Source: Planctomycetota bacterium
GTDB lineage: Bacteria > Planctomycetota > MHYJ01 > WSZJ01
Direction: 5' to 3'
Length of the DNA stretch: 44,973 nucleotides
Assembly: GCA_038060895.1 (NCBI GenBank)
Contig: JBBTCT010000014.1
Span: forward strand, 92,649-137,621
Below the pieces are notes generated by a model, which worked only from the letters and a program-made list of their open reading frames with translations, made no database searches and had not been told where the DNA came from. Below are positions 16,419 to 26,546 of this stretch, in pieces. The translations under genes were made by a program, and so were the position numbers. Numbering within the stretch: position 1 is the stretch's first letter; the number at the start of each line of letters is the position of its first letter.

Positions 16419-19379
16419 ATGCCCTCCGACTCCGATCTCCTCTTCGCCGTCCTCGCCCAGCGACTCGGCTTTCTCGCCCCGCGCGAGCTCGCCGGCCTGG
16501 CGCGCGATCCTGGCACCGGTTCCAACGGGTTGCGGGAAGCGATCATTGCGGCCGCGAAATTCGGGGACAAGGATCGCTCGGCCGTGGATGCCGCCGTTGC
16601 GGCCCACCTGGGCCGGTCGGGTGGCAACGCTCGCGCGGCGCTTTCGGCGCTTCCGATGGAGAAAATCGTCCGCGAGGCGCTGCTGGGAGCCGCGTCGTCG
16701 GATGGCGTACGTGAAGCTCTCGAGGACCTTGTGGTACCGGAAGTCGGGACGACCGTCGTCATCGCGCCGCCGTCGCTCGACCGGTACCGCCTCGGCACGG
16801 AAATCGGGCGGGGCGGGCTGGGGAAGGTCGTGGAGGCCCACGACCACGCCCTGAACCGCGACGTCGCCATCAAGCTCGCGCTGGAGAATCTCCCGGGGGA
16901 ACTCGAGGGGCGCTTCGTGCGCGAAGTCGAAATCACCGCGCGGCTCGAACACCCGAACATTGTGCCGGTCCACGATTTCGGGGTGATCAAATCGTCCACC
17001 GGAGGGCGGCACCTGTTCCTGTGCATGAAGCGGATCCGTGGGCGCGACCTGGGGCAGTTGCTGGTGAGCCTGGCGAACGGGGAATCGACGGCGGTGCGTT
17101 CGTACTCGCGGGCGCGGCTGCTGGCGGTGTTCCAGGACGTGTGCCTGGGGATGGCGTTCGCGCATTCGAAAGGCGTGATCCACCGCGACCTGAAGCCGTC
17201 AAACGTGATGGTCGGGGAATTCGGCGAGACGCTGATCGTGGACTGGGGGATTGCGAAAGTCCGCGGCGAGGCGCCGTCCCCGCTTCCGCAGAAACCCCGG
17301 CCGACGCCGACCGTCCGCCCGAACGATCCGTCGGCGACGGTGGTCCTGGCGTCGGACGATTCGTCGATCACGCTCGAGGGCGACGTCGTCGGCACGCCGG
17401 CCTACATGGCGCCGGAGCAGGCGGACGGGCGGGTCGCGGAAATGGACGAGCGAAGCGACACGTGGTCGCTCGGCGCGATCCTCTACGAAATCCTGACGCT
17501 TCGGGCGCCCTTCGAGGCCGAATCCGCCGCTGCGGTGCTGGAGCGTGTGCGCGCGGGCAAGGTGGAGCCGCCGTCGCAAAGGCTGAAGCGTCAGCCGCCG
17601 ATCGAGGCGGCGCGCGCGGTCTGTCCGGAGATTCCGCCGGAGCTGGACGCGATCGTGCTCAAGGCGATGGCGCGGCGGCGCGACGACCGGTTTGGATCGG
17701 CGATGGACCTGCATCGCGACATCCAGCTGTATCTCGAGGGCTCCAGCGAACGCGAGCGGCGCCGGCGGCAGGCGCAGGAGTGGGTGGAGCGCGGGCGCGG
17801 GCACCTGCGGAGATTCCGAGCGCTGAAGGACGAGGTCATCCGGCAGGCGGAAAAGGTGAAGGAGCTGGGGACCAAAGTGCGGGGTCACGAGCCGCTTGCG
17901 GCCAAGCGGCCGCTGTGGGACGCGGAGGAGCTGGAGGCAGCGATGCGCGAGGAGCGCATTGAGGCGTATTCGAGCGCGACTGCGGATTTCGGGCATGCGC
18001 TGGCGGTGGATGCCGGCGCCGAGGAAGCCGAGGCGGGGCTGTGCGAGCTCTTCCTGGACCGCTACGAGGAAGCCGAGGGTGCCAAGGACCAGGAGGAGAT
18101 GCTCCTGAACCGCCGCGCGCTGGAGGCGCACGACCGGAAGGGCACGTACCGTACGAAGCTCGACGCGCCGGGGCGGCTCACGATCCGGACGTTTGCGTGG
18201 GGGTGCGACTGCCTTTCCCCGGTGAAAGCGCCGGGATGGAAGGTGGAATTCGAACGGGAGGCGTCGCTCGCGTGGGCGGACGGATTCACGAGGCCCGGGG
18301 AGAAGATCAAGGACTGGGACGAGCCGGTCCCCAAGGCGATGACGTCGCCTCCCGGGGCCGCGTTCGGGCACACGGAGAAGTGCCCGCGCAAGGAAGTCCG
18401 TGGCGCGCGGGTGACGATTGCGTGCTATGCCGAGAGCGGCCGGCGCCTCGTCGAGGGCGCGCCGCGCGAGATCGGCGTGACACCGGTCGAAGGCGTCGAA
18501 CTCCCGCACGGCTCCTACCTCTGCGTTCTGCATCCGCCCGACCCGGCACTCCTCCCCGTCCGCGTGCCCGTGCGGATCGACCGGAACGGTTCGTGGACGC
18601 AGGAGGTCAACTTCTACCGGGCCGCGGACATTCCGGACGGATTGGTGCAGATCGCCGGCGGGCCGTACCTGAGCTCCGGCGTCGCCGACAGCGAAAAAAA
18701 AGAATCGGTGCGCCTCTGCTCCGATTACTTCATTGCCCGCTTTCCGGTGACGATCGGCGACTACTCGCAGTGGCTTGACGATCTCGCGGCGAAGGGCCGT
18801 GCCGAGGAAGTCGCCGCCCGTGCCCCCCGCGACTCGACCGGCCCATTCGGCGCGCTCGAAAACGGCCGCTTCCGCTTCACCGTCCCCGTCCCCGGCACAC
18901 GCCAGGCCGTCGAACCTGGATTCCCGCTCTTCAACATCACCTGGCACGACGCCCTCGCGTATTGCGCCTGGCGTTCGGCGCGCGACGGCCGCTTCTTCAC
19001 TCTCCCTCACCACGTCCAGTACGAAAAAGCCGCGCGCGGCGTTGACGGCCGGACGCTTCCCTGGGGCGAGCGATACGACGGCACGTTCTCCCACACCAAT
19101 ACATCCTTCGCCGACGGCTTCCGGATGATGCCCGCGGGCTCCTTTTCCACCGACGAATCTCCCTACGGCGTCCGTGATCTCGCCGGCGGCATGTCCACCC
19201 TCTGCCTCAACACCATCGCCGGGCCTTTCGCTCTCGCGCGCGAATGGAAGGGCGGCAACTGGACCGACGCGTGGCTCAACGCCCGATCCGGCACGCGCAA
19301 CGGCACCGGGCCCGGCATCTCCTCCCGCGCCGTCGGCGCCCGCCTCGTCATGCCCGTCTTCCGCTACGCCGCGCCATGA
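16419..19379 (+). CDS. Ser/Thr protein kinase with C-terminal FGE-sulfatase (CLec-fold) domain, paralogue 1
   Basis: GRGGLGKV, VAIK, HRDLKPSN, DWG, GTPAYMAPEQ; C-terminal FPVT..Y, ITWHDALAYC.W, YEKAARGVDGR..PWG, SPYGVRDLAG; start re-called at ATG 16419. Confidence 0.92.
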   Translation: MPSDSDLLFAVLAQRLGFLAPRELAGLARDPGTGSNGLREAIIAAAKFGDKDRSAVDAAVAAHLGRSGGNARAALSALPMEKIVREALLGAASSDGVREALEDLVVPEVGTTVVIAPPSLDRYRLGTEIGRGGLGKVVEAHDHALNRDVAIKLALENLPGELEGRFVREVEITARLEHPNIVPVHDFGVIKSSTGGRHLFLCMKRIRGRDLGQLLVSLANGESTAVRSYSRARLLAVFQDVCLGMAFAHSKGVIHRDLKPSNVMVGEFGETLIVDWGIAKVRGEAPSPLPQKPRPTPTVRPNDPSATVVLASDDSSITLEGDVVGTPAYMAPEQADGRVAEMDERSDTWSLGAILYEILTLRAPFEAESAAAVLERVRAGKVEPPSQRLKRQPPIEAARAVCPEIPPELDAIVLKAMARRRDDRFGSAMDLHRDIQLYLEGSSERERRRRQAQEWVERGRGHLRRFRALKDEVIRQAEKVKELGTKVRGHEPLAAKRPLWDAEELEAAMREERIEAYSSATADFGHALAVDAGAEEAEAGLCELFLDRYEEAEGAKDQEEMLLNRRALEAHDRKGTYRTKLDAPGRLTIRTFAWGCDCLSPVKAPGWKVEFEREASLAWADGFTRPGEKIKDWDEPVPKAMTSPPGAAFGHTEKCPRKEVRGARVTIACYAESGRRLVEGAPREIGVTPVEGVELPHGSYLCVLHPPDPALLPVRVPVRIDRNGSWTQEVNFYRAADIPDGLVQIAGGPYLSSGVADSEKKESVRLCSDYFIARFPVTIGDYSQWLDDLAAKGRAEEVAARAPRDSTGPFGALENGRFRFTVPVPGTRQAVEPGFPLFNITWHDALAYCAWRSARDGRFFTLPHHVQYEKAARGVDGRTLPWGERYDGTFSHTNTSFADGFRMMPAGSFSTDESPYGVRDLAGGMSTLCLNTIAGPFALAREWKGGNWTDAWLNARSGTRNGTGPGISSRAVGARLVMPVFRYAAP

Positions 19380-22291
19380 CACCGGAATCTTCCCTTCTCC
19401 ACGCGCTTCTCGCCCATCACCTCGGATTCGCGACGAGGGAACGATTGCTCGAAGCGGCATTTGCCTGGGCGGACGACGAAGCGACGCCGCTGCTCGACGG
19501 GCTTGGCCTGACGACATCGCAGCGCAACGCCGTAGAACAGGTCGCCGTGGCACTCATGGAAAAGTACGGAAACGACGCGACGCGCGCGCTCGCCTCGACT
19601 CCCGTCGATGCAGGCGTCCAACGCGCGCTTCTCGGCCTTCGCCTCCCGCAATCCTTGCAGAAGATTCTCGAGACGATGAAGCCGCGCGCCGGCAGCGCCG
19701 ATGAGCGTTACCGCTTCGGCGCGGAAATCGGCCGCGGTGGCCTCGGGAGGGTCGTCGAAGCCCTCGACTCGACGCTCGGCCGCGACGTCGCCATCAAGCT
19801 CGTCCTGCCGGAGCTCCCCGCGGTGCTGCAGGAACGCTTCGCGCGCGAAGCGCGATTGACGGCGAAGCTCGACCACCCGCACATCGTGCCGGTACACGAC
19901 TTCGGAGAGATCCCGGCCGCCCCTTCGACGGGCCCAGGGCAGAGCCGCAAGCAACTCTTCCTGTGCATGAAGCGGGTGCGAGGCAGGTCCCTGGCCGAAG
20001 TGCTCGCGCAACTCGCGCGGGGGGAAGTCGAGGCCGTGCGCAAGTGGAGCCGGGCCAGGCTTCTCGGCGTTCTCCAGGACATCTGCCTTGGCGTCGCGTA
20101 CGCGCACTCCAAGGGGATCATCCATCGGGACCTCAAGCCGTCCAACGTGATGCTCGGCGATTTCGGCGAGACACTCATCCTCGACTGGGGGCTCGCGCGC
20201 GAAACCGGCGACCCGCCAGAGGCGGAGCCGGGCATGCGGACGCGCCTGCGAGCGCCGAAGGTCGGGTCGAGCACGCTGACGATGGAAGGGGACGTCCTCG
20301 GCACGCCCGCGTACATGCCCCCCGAGCAGGCCAACGGCCGCCTGAACGACATGGATGCGCGCAGCGATGTGTTCTCGCTCGGCGCCATTCTGTTCGAGTT
20401 GCTTACGTTCCGTCCTCCTTACCAGGCCTCGACGCCCGACGATGTCCTCGCACTTGCGCAGGCGGCGAGCGTGCCGCTGCCGTCGTCCATCGCGAAGGAT
20501 GTCCCCCGCGAACTCGACGCCATCTGCGCTCGCGCCATGGCGGGCCGGCGCGAAGCGAGGTATCCGACGGCCCTCGCGCTTCACCACGACCTGCAGCAGT
20601 TCCTGGAAGGCGTCGCGGAGAAGGATCGCAAGCGCGTCGAGGCCGACGGCTGGGTCAAGGAGGCGAATGCGCTCAGCGCGCGTGTGCGGGCGCTTCGTGA
20701 CCGGCTGCTTGATGCCCGGCAAGAGCTGACCGTCATGAAGGAGGACATTCCGAGATCGGCCCCGATCGAAAAGAGGCGCCTCATCTGGGCGGCGGAGGAG
20801 TCGTACGAGGCGCTCAGGCGCGAGCGCGCGACGGGCTTCTCCCGCGCGGAGACGCTCTTCACGGAAGCGCTTGCGGCCGACCCCGGTCGCCCCGATGCCA
20901 TCGAAGGCCGCGTGGAGCTCTACCTGGAACGGTACCTCGAGGCGGAGGAGAGGAGGAATGCGAGCGAAATGGCGGTCCAGATGTCGCTTCTCCAGCAGAT
21001 CGATCCGGAAGGACGGCACAGGGTTCGGCTTGCAGCGCCCGGGACCTTGACCCTGGAGGTTTTCGAGTACGCGTGCGATTGCCTGCGTCTCGTGGCCCCG
21101 GGAGTGCTCCGCGTGGAATTTGCCCCGGAGGCGACGATCCCGTGGAGGGATGGCGCGCCGGTGCCGGGAGCTGCGATGGTCAACAAGGACCGCCCCATCC
21201 CGGCGGTCCTGGTTGCGTCGGGAGGAGCGCCGGTCGGGCATCGCGAAAACTGCGCCAGGAAACCTGTTCCCGGCGTTGTCGTCTCCATCTCCCGCTACGT
21301 CGAGCAAGACCGGAGGCTTGTCCCGGAGCCGGAAACCCGGCTCGGAATCGCACCGCTTCGCAACCTCTCTCTTCCGCAAGGCTCCTATCGCTGCCGCTTG
21401 ACGCCGCCCGCCGACAGCGGGCTCGCGCCCACTTTTGTGCCGGTTCGAGTGGACCGCGGAGGCGCGTGGAACCAGGACGTGGCCCTCTATCGCACGGCCG
21501 ACATTCCCGCGGGCTTCGTGCAGATTCCCGGCGGCCGCTTCCTCGCCGATGGCGGTGACGTCGCCCTTGTTCCCCGCATCGCCCGCGACGTGTTCTTCGC
21601 GCCCCATCACGTCACATGCGCCGAGTACCTCGCGTTTCTCAACGACGTGTTCAGGACCGATCCTGAAGGGGCACGCCGGCGGGTTCCGCGCGCTCCGGAC
21701 CGCAGGATGTGGCCGGAGGACCGAAAGGGCTTCCGGCTGCCGGCCGCCGGCGAGGACAAGGCGTTTGACTGGAAACCGGAGTGGCCGACTTTTTCCATCT
21801 CGTGGTTCGACGCGGCTGCGTTCGTCGCGTGGAAGTCCGCCCGCGAAGGCCGATTGTATTCGCTTCATCACGAGGAAGAATTCGACAAGGCAGCGCGCGG
21901 CGTGGACGGGCGGAAGTACGCCTTCGGCGACTACGGCGAGCAGGCGTGGTTTCATTCCGCGCATTCGTACCCCGACAGAAAGTCGCCGATGCCCGTCGGG
22001 ACCTTCGCGACGGACGTATCGCCCTACGGCGTGCGGGACGCCACGGGTGCGATGGGAAGCTGGTGCCTCAACGCCCCCGAGATTGGGTCGCGCGACATGC
22101 GGATCATCCGTGGCACCGGCTGGTGGTCGAACGACGACGGCCACGGGATCACCCAGCGCTTCGGGGGCCAGCCCGACATGCTGCGCCTCGGCTACGGCAT
22201 GCGGATCTGCTGGCGTCCGTGGGCGTGGGCGCAAGGCGCCGCGAACGAACCGAAACCCCCGCGGGCTTCCCGCAAAAAGACGCGGGAGTAA
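19376..22291 (+). CDS. Ser/Thr protein kinase with C-terminal FGE-sulfatase (CLec-fold) domain, paralogue 2
   Basis: Same kinase and FGE motifs (HRDLKPSN, DWG, FDKAARGVDGR, SPYGVRD); ATG 19376 overlaps the paralogue 1 stop (ATGA). Confidence 0.92.
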   Translation: MTPESSLLHALLAHHLGFATRERLLEAAFAWADDEATPLLDGLGLTTSQRNAVEQVAVALMEKYGNDATRALASTPVDAGVQRALLGLRLPQSLQKILETMKPRAGSADERYRFGAEIGRGGLGRVVEALDSTLGRDVAIKLVLPELPAVLQERFAREARLTAKLDHPHIVPVHDFGEIPAAPSTGPGQSRKQLFLCMKRVRGRSLAEVLAQLARGEVEAVRKWSRARLLGVLQDICLGVAYAHSKGIIHRDLKPSNVMLGDFGETLILDWGLARETGDPPEAEPGMRTRLRAPKVGSSTLTMEGDVLGTPAYMPPEQANGRLNDMDARSDVFSLGAILFELLTFRPPYQASTPDDVLALAQAASVPLPSSIAKDVPRELDAICARAMAGRREARYPTALALHHDLQQFLEGVAEKDRKRVEADGWVKEANALSARVRALRDRLLDARQELTVMKEDIPRSAPIEKRRLIWAAEESYEALRRERATGFSRAETLFTEALAADPGRPDAIEGRVELYLERYLEAEERRNASEMAVQMSLLQQIDPEGRHRVRLAAPGTLTLEVFEYACDCLRLVAPGVLRVEFAPEATIPWRDGAPVPGAAMVNKDRPIPAVLVASGGAPVGHRENCARKPVPGVVVSISRYVEQDRRLVPEPETRLGIAPLRNLSLPQGSYRCRLTPPADSGLAPTFVPVRVDRGGAWNQDVALYRTADIPAGFVQIPGGRFLADGGDVALVPRIARDVFFAPHHVTCAEYLAFLNDVFRTDPEGARRRVPRAPDRRMWPEDRKGFRLPAAGEDKAFDWKPEWPTFSISWFDAAAFVAWKSAREGRLYSLHHEEEFDKAARGVDGRKYAFGDYGEQAWFHSAHSYPDRKSPMPVGTFATDVSPYGVRDATGAMGSWCLNAPEIGSRDMRIIRGTGWWSNDDGHGITQRFGGQPDMLRLGYGMRICWRPWAWAQGAANEPKPPRASRKKTRE

Positions 22292-22371
22292 CACTCCCCG
22301 CACGCGGAGGCGTCGCGTAGCATCCTCTGAACCGATCCCGGGACCGCGCACACCGGGGTGGACCCGCCACG

Positions 22372-25300
22372 ATGCACCGCGAATCCGACCTCCTGCACGC
22401 CCTCCTCGCCCTCCATCACGGCCTCGCGCCTCGCGAGGCCGTGCTCCGGTCAATCTCGGCCTGGCTTGCCGACGCCTCTCAGCCCCTCCCCGACCACCTC
22501 GCAGCCTCCGCTTCGCTCTCCCGCCGCCGCCGCAAGGCCATCGAAGCCCTTGTCGATACCGCGTTGGAGGACGCGGCCGGCGATCCCGCGCGGGCGCTTT
22601 CGCAGGCGCCGGTGGAAACCGGATTCGCGCAGGAGCTGGCCGGGCTGAGGCTGCCGCCGCACCTCCAGGTGGCGCTCTCCGCGGCCGCCGGCCGCGCGCC
22701 CGCGATCGCCGCTTCCGACGGCGCGCGCTACCGCCTCGGTCCAGAAATCGGACGTGGCGGCCTGGGGCGCGTCGTCGAGGCACACGACGCGCGGCTCGGG
22801 CGGGAAGTCGCCATCAAGCTGGTTCTCGCGGAAGCCCCGGAACACGTCGCAGGGAGGTTCGAGCGTGAAGCGCGTCTCACCGCTCGCCTCGACCACCCGA
22901 ACGTCGTCTCGGTCCACGATTTCGGCACGATGTCGTCGGACGGACAGAGGCAGCTGTTCCTGTGCATGAAACGAATCCACGGACGCGACCTCGGTTCGCT
23001 CGTGGACCTGATCGCGAAGGAGGATCCCGCGGCCCTGAAAGCGTGGTCGCGCGCCCGGCTCCTCGGCGTGTTCCAGGATATCTGCCTCGGCGTCGCGTAT
23101 GCGCACTCCAAGGAGGTCATCCACCGCGACCTGAAGCCGTCGAACGTCATGATCGGCGAGTTCGGCGAAACGCTCGTGGTGGACTGGGGACTGGCCAAGG
23201 TGCTGGGGGAAGCGGAGCCGATCGAAGTCTCGCGGGCGCTTCAGCGCATCACGACGACCGCCCGGGGTGCGAAATTGGCGGCTGGGGAAGCAGGGCCGCG
23301 CTCTCCCACCCTCGTTTCGGCTGCCGCGAGGGCGAAGCCGCCGGTGTCGCACCACGACGCGACCGTCGTCCGCGGCGGCTCGCGGCCGGGGTCGTCTTCG
23401 CTCACGCTCGAGGGCGACATCCTCGGCACCCCCGCCTACATGCCGCCCGAGCAGGCCGCGGGGCGCATCGCGGAGATGGACGCGCGAAGCGACCTCTGGT
23501 CTCTCGGGGCGATCCTCTACGAGCTCATCACGCTGAGCCCGCCCTTCATGGCATCGAGCCTCGAAGAGCTGATGTCGAAAGTGCGGGAAGGTAAGGTTGA
23601 AGCCCCGTCGGTGCGCGCCGCCCAGCGACAGGCGTCGCGCGGCGGGAAACCCCATCCCTTCCTCACTCACGTCCCGGCCGAGCTCGACGCGATCGTCGCG
23701 CGCGCCATGGCGCCTCGCCGGGAGGATCGCCACGCGTCGGCGCTCGAACTTCACCGCGACGTGCAGCTCTTCCTGGAAGGCGTGAAGGAGCGCGAGCGCT
23801 CCGAGCGCGAGGCGCGCGAGTTCGCTGAAACCGGCCGCCGCGAGTTCGCGGTCTTCCGCGACCTCGGGGAGGAGTTGAATGCGGCGCGCGAGACGGCGAA
23901 GCGCATCGGCCGGGAACGCCATGCGGAAGCAACGGTGGAGGCGCGCCGGCCGGCCTGGGAGGCGGAGGACGCGGTGCACCGGCTGGAGTCGCAGAGGGTC
24001 GATGCCTTCACGCGGGCCAACGCCGCGTTCGGCGCCGCGCTGTCCCGCCGGCCCGATTCCCGCGAGGCCCTCGACGGAAAATGCGAGCTCTTCATCGAGC
24101 GCTACCTCGACGCCGAGCGCCGGCGCGACCGCAGCGAGATGCAGATGCAGTGGAGCGTCCTCGGCCAGTACGACCAGGACGGCCGCGCTCGCGCGAGACT
24201 GCAGGCGCCTGGAAAACTCACCCTTCGTGCGTTCCGGTACACCTGCGACTGCCTCAAGCCCGTCCGAAAGAAAGGCTGGGCCGCGCGACATGTCGAGGAC
24301 GAGCGGATTGCGTTTCCAGACGGCATCGGAAGGCCGGGAGTCAGGCCGGAGCCCAGGGCCAGCGTCGTTCCGAGAATCGAATTCAAGCCGAGGGGCGCCC
24401 GTTGGGGTCACCGGCCGGACTGCCCGCGCGAAGAGGTCAAGGGCATTGGCGTCACGATCGCCCGCTTCGAGGAGAAAGACCGGCGATTCGTGGCGGTGCA
24501 GGAGACGCTTATTGGAAAGACGCCCCTCGCCGGAGCCGAACTCGCGCGCGGCTCGTACCGCTGCGTCCTGATTCCGTCCGCCGCTTCCGGTCTCGCGCCT
24601 GCCGTCGTGCCCGTCAGAATCGAACGGGGCGGACAGTGGGAGCAGAGCGTGAACCTCTACGCGCTCGACGACATCCCCGAGGGCCACCTCTACGTCCCCG
24701 GAGGTCCCTTCGCTTCCGGCCCCGAAGCAAACGATCGAGGCATGACCGCAGATTGCTTCGTGCGCCGCGACGCCCTGACCTGCCGCGAATACATGGACTT
24801 CCTCAACGACCTCAGCGCGAACGGCCACCTGGCCGAAGCGCGTTCGCGGCTCCCCCGCGGAACGGACCGTCCGTACCTGGTGGAGGAGAAGAAGAAAGGA
24901 AAGGTCCGCTTCAGGCTTCCCAACCGCAAGGAGGACCCGCAGCTCGCCTGGGAGGAGAACTGGCCGGCAAGCGCCATGTCGTGGCACGACGCGCTGGCCT
25001 GGTGCGCCTGGGAATCCGCGCGCACAGGCCTGGTTGTTTCGATTCCGACCTCCGACGAATACGAAAAGGCGGCGCGAGGCGTCGACGGCCGGGCGTACCC
25101 GTTCGGGGACCACGGCGACACGGCGTTCAGCCACGTCTCCCGGGCCAGCAGGGGCCTGATGGGCCCGGCGCCCGTCGGGACGGCGCCCGCCGACGTCTCC
25201 GTTTACGGCGTGCGGGACCTCGCGGGGAACATGAAGTCATGGCTGCTCGAGTGCAACCAGGACCCGAAGCGTTCTCCCCGCGGCGCGCGCGGAGGCGCCT

Positions 25301-25413
25301 GGTCCATGGACGCCGAGTCCGGCCACGCGGGACAGGGCGGCGGGCTCCCCTCGACCGGCCGGCGTTGGTTCATCGGCTTCAGGACCGTCGTGCGTCCGCA
25401 GGCGTGGGAGTGA
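22372..25413 (+). CDS. Ser/Thr protein kinase with C-terminal FGE-sulfatase (CLec-fold) domain, paralogue 3
   Basis: Same motifs (HRDLKPSN, DWG, YEKAARGVDGRAYPFG, YGVRDLAGN, RGGAW, IGFR). Confidence 0.92.
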   Translation: MHRESDLLHALLALHHGLAPREAVLRSISAWLADASQPLPDHLAASASLSRRRRKAIEALVDTALEDAAGDPARALSQAPVETGFAQELAGLRLPPHLQVALSAAAGRAPAIAASDGARYRLGPEIGRGGLGRVVEAHDARLGREVAIKLVLAEAPEHVAGRFEREARLTARLDHPNVVSVHDFGTMSSDGQRQLFLCMKRIHGRDLGSLVDLIAKEDPAALKAWSRARLLGVFQDICLGVAYAHSKEVIHRDLKPSNVMIGEFGETLVVDWGLAKVLGEAEPIEVSRALQRITTTARGAKLAAGEAGPRSPTLVSAAARAKPPVSHHDATVVRGGSRPGSSSLTLEGDILGTPAYMPPEQAAGRIAEMDARSDLWSLGAILYELITLSPPFMASSLEELMSKVREGKVEAPSVRAAQRQASRGGKPHPFLTHVPAELDAIVARAMAPRREDRHASALELHRDVQLFLEGVKERERSEREAREFAETGRREFAVFRDLGEELNAARETAKRIGRERHAEATVEARRPAWEAEDAVHRLESQRVDAFTRANAAFGAALSRRPDSREALDGKCELFIERYLDAERRRDRSEMQMQWSVLGQYDQDGRARARLQAPGKLTLRAFRYTCDCLKPVRKKGWAARHVEDERIAFPDGIGRPGVRPEPRASVVPRIEFKPRGARWGHRPDCPREEVKGIGVTIARFEEKDRRFVAVQETLIGKTPLAGAELARGSYRCVLIPSAASGLAPAVVPVRIERGGQWEQSVNLYALDDIPEGHLYVPGGPFASGPEANDRGMTADCFVRRDALTCREYMDFLNDLSANGHLAEARSRLPRGTDRPYLVEEKKKGKVRFRLPNRKEDPQLAWEENWPASAMSWHDALAWCAWESARTGLVVSIPTSDEYEKAARGVDGRAYPFGDHGDTAFSHVSRASRGLMGPAPVGTAPADVSVYGVRDLAGNMKSWLLECNQDPKRSPRGARGGAWSMDAESGHAGQGGGLPSTGRRWFIGFRTVVRPQAWE

Positions 25414-25417
25414 ACGC

Positions 25418-26539
25418 ATGAAACTGCCCGACCGGATCATCCTGCACGTCCTCCACATGCCGCTCCGTTTCCCGTTCGAGACGTCGTTCGGGCGCGTGAC
25501 GCAGCAGGAGACGATCCTCGTGGAAGCGGAGTGGGACGGGCTGTCGGGCTGGGGGGAAGTCCCGGCGTCCGCGCAACCGCATTACTCGAGCGAGACGGTC
25601 GTCACGGCCGCGTACGTGATCCGCGACTTCCTCGCGCCGGCGCTGTTCGCTTCGCAAATAAAAACACCGGCTTCCTGCCCGGCGCTGTTCGGACGGGTGC
25701 GCGGCCATGCCATGGCCAAGGCCGGCCTCGAGACCGCGCTCTGGGACCTCGAAGCCCGCCGGCGCGGTGTCCCGGTCGCGCGCCTCTACGGCGCGACGCG
25801 GAAGTTCATCGAGAGCGGCGTCTCCCTCGGAATCGACCCGATGGGCCTCCTCATGAAGCGCGTCGAGGACTTCGCCGCCCGCGGCTACCGCCGCATCAAG
25901 CTCAAGATCAAGCCCGGCTGGGACGAGCGGCCGCTGGCGGAAGCACGGAAGCGGCTGCCCGCGGATTTCCCGCTCACTGCCGACGCGAATGCTGCGTACG
26001 CGCCTTCTGATTCTTCGCACCTGAAACGCCTGGATCGCTTTCACCTCGATTACCTCGAGCAACCGCTCGGCCACGAGGATCTCGCCGATCACGCGGCCCT
26101 GGCGAAGCAGCTCCGCACCCCGATCTGCCTCGACGAGTCCATCACCACTCCCGACCTCGCCCGCAACGCCGTCCGCATGAAGGCCTGCCGCGTCGTGAAC
26201 ATCAAGCCGTCCCGCGTCGGCGGCCCGACGATGGCGATCGAGATCCACGACTTCTGCCGCAAGGCCGGCATCCCCGTCTGGTGCGGCGGCCTCCTCGAGT
26301 CGGGCGTCGGACGGCTGCACAACATCGCGATCGCGGGGCTGCCGGGTTTCACGAAGCCGGGCGACATTTCGGGAAGCGACCGCTACTACTCGCCGGACGT
26401 CATTGACGAGCCCGTTGCGGTGTCCGCGGATGGCACGATCGCCCTTCGTAACCGGCCGGGGATCGGCGCCGACGTGCGGGCCGATGTGCTTCGCCGGCGG
26501 CGGGTCGAGCGGATTGTTTTGAAGAAGCGAGGTCGCTAG
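25418..26539 (+). CDS. menC: o-succinylbenzoate synthase / N-acylamino acid racemase family enolase
   Basis: PFETSFG, RIKLKIKPG (KxK), ADANAAY, EQPL, CLDESI, NIKPSRVGG, WCGGLLE, PGDISGS. Confidence 0.85.
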   Translation: MKLPDRIILHVLHMPLRFPFETSFGRVTQQETILVEAEWDGLSGWGEVPASAQPHYSSETVVTAAYVIRDFLAPALFASQIKTPASCPALFGRVRGHAMAKAGLETALWDLEARRRGVPVARLYGATRKFIESGVSLGIDPMGLLMKRVEDFAARGYRRIKLKIKPGWDERPLAEARKRLPADFPLTADANAAYAPSDSSHLKRLDRFHLDYLEQPLGHEDLADHAALAKQLRTPICLDESITTPDLARNAVRMKACRVVNIKPSRVGGPTMAIEIHDFCRKAGIPVWCGGLLESGVGRLHNIAIAGLPGFTKPGDISGSDRYYSPDVIDEPVAVSADGTIALRNRPGIGADVRADVLRRRRVERIVLKKRGR

Positions 26540-26546
26540 GGGGCCC

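Noticed and set aside
17199-25134. Very long antisense ORFs (784, 1139, 894 aa) and similar ones opposite other genes
   Set aside because: Arg/Ala/Pro-rich shadow ORFs expected opposite GC3-biased coding sequence; no recognisable motifs
16419-25413. Active diversity-generating retroelement in the window
   Set aside because: No reverse transcriptase, Avd-like gene or near-identical TR/VR pair seen; kept only as a remote-target hypothesis
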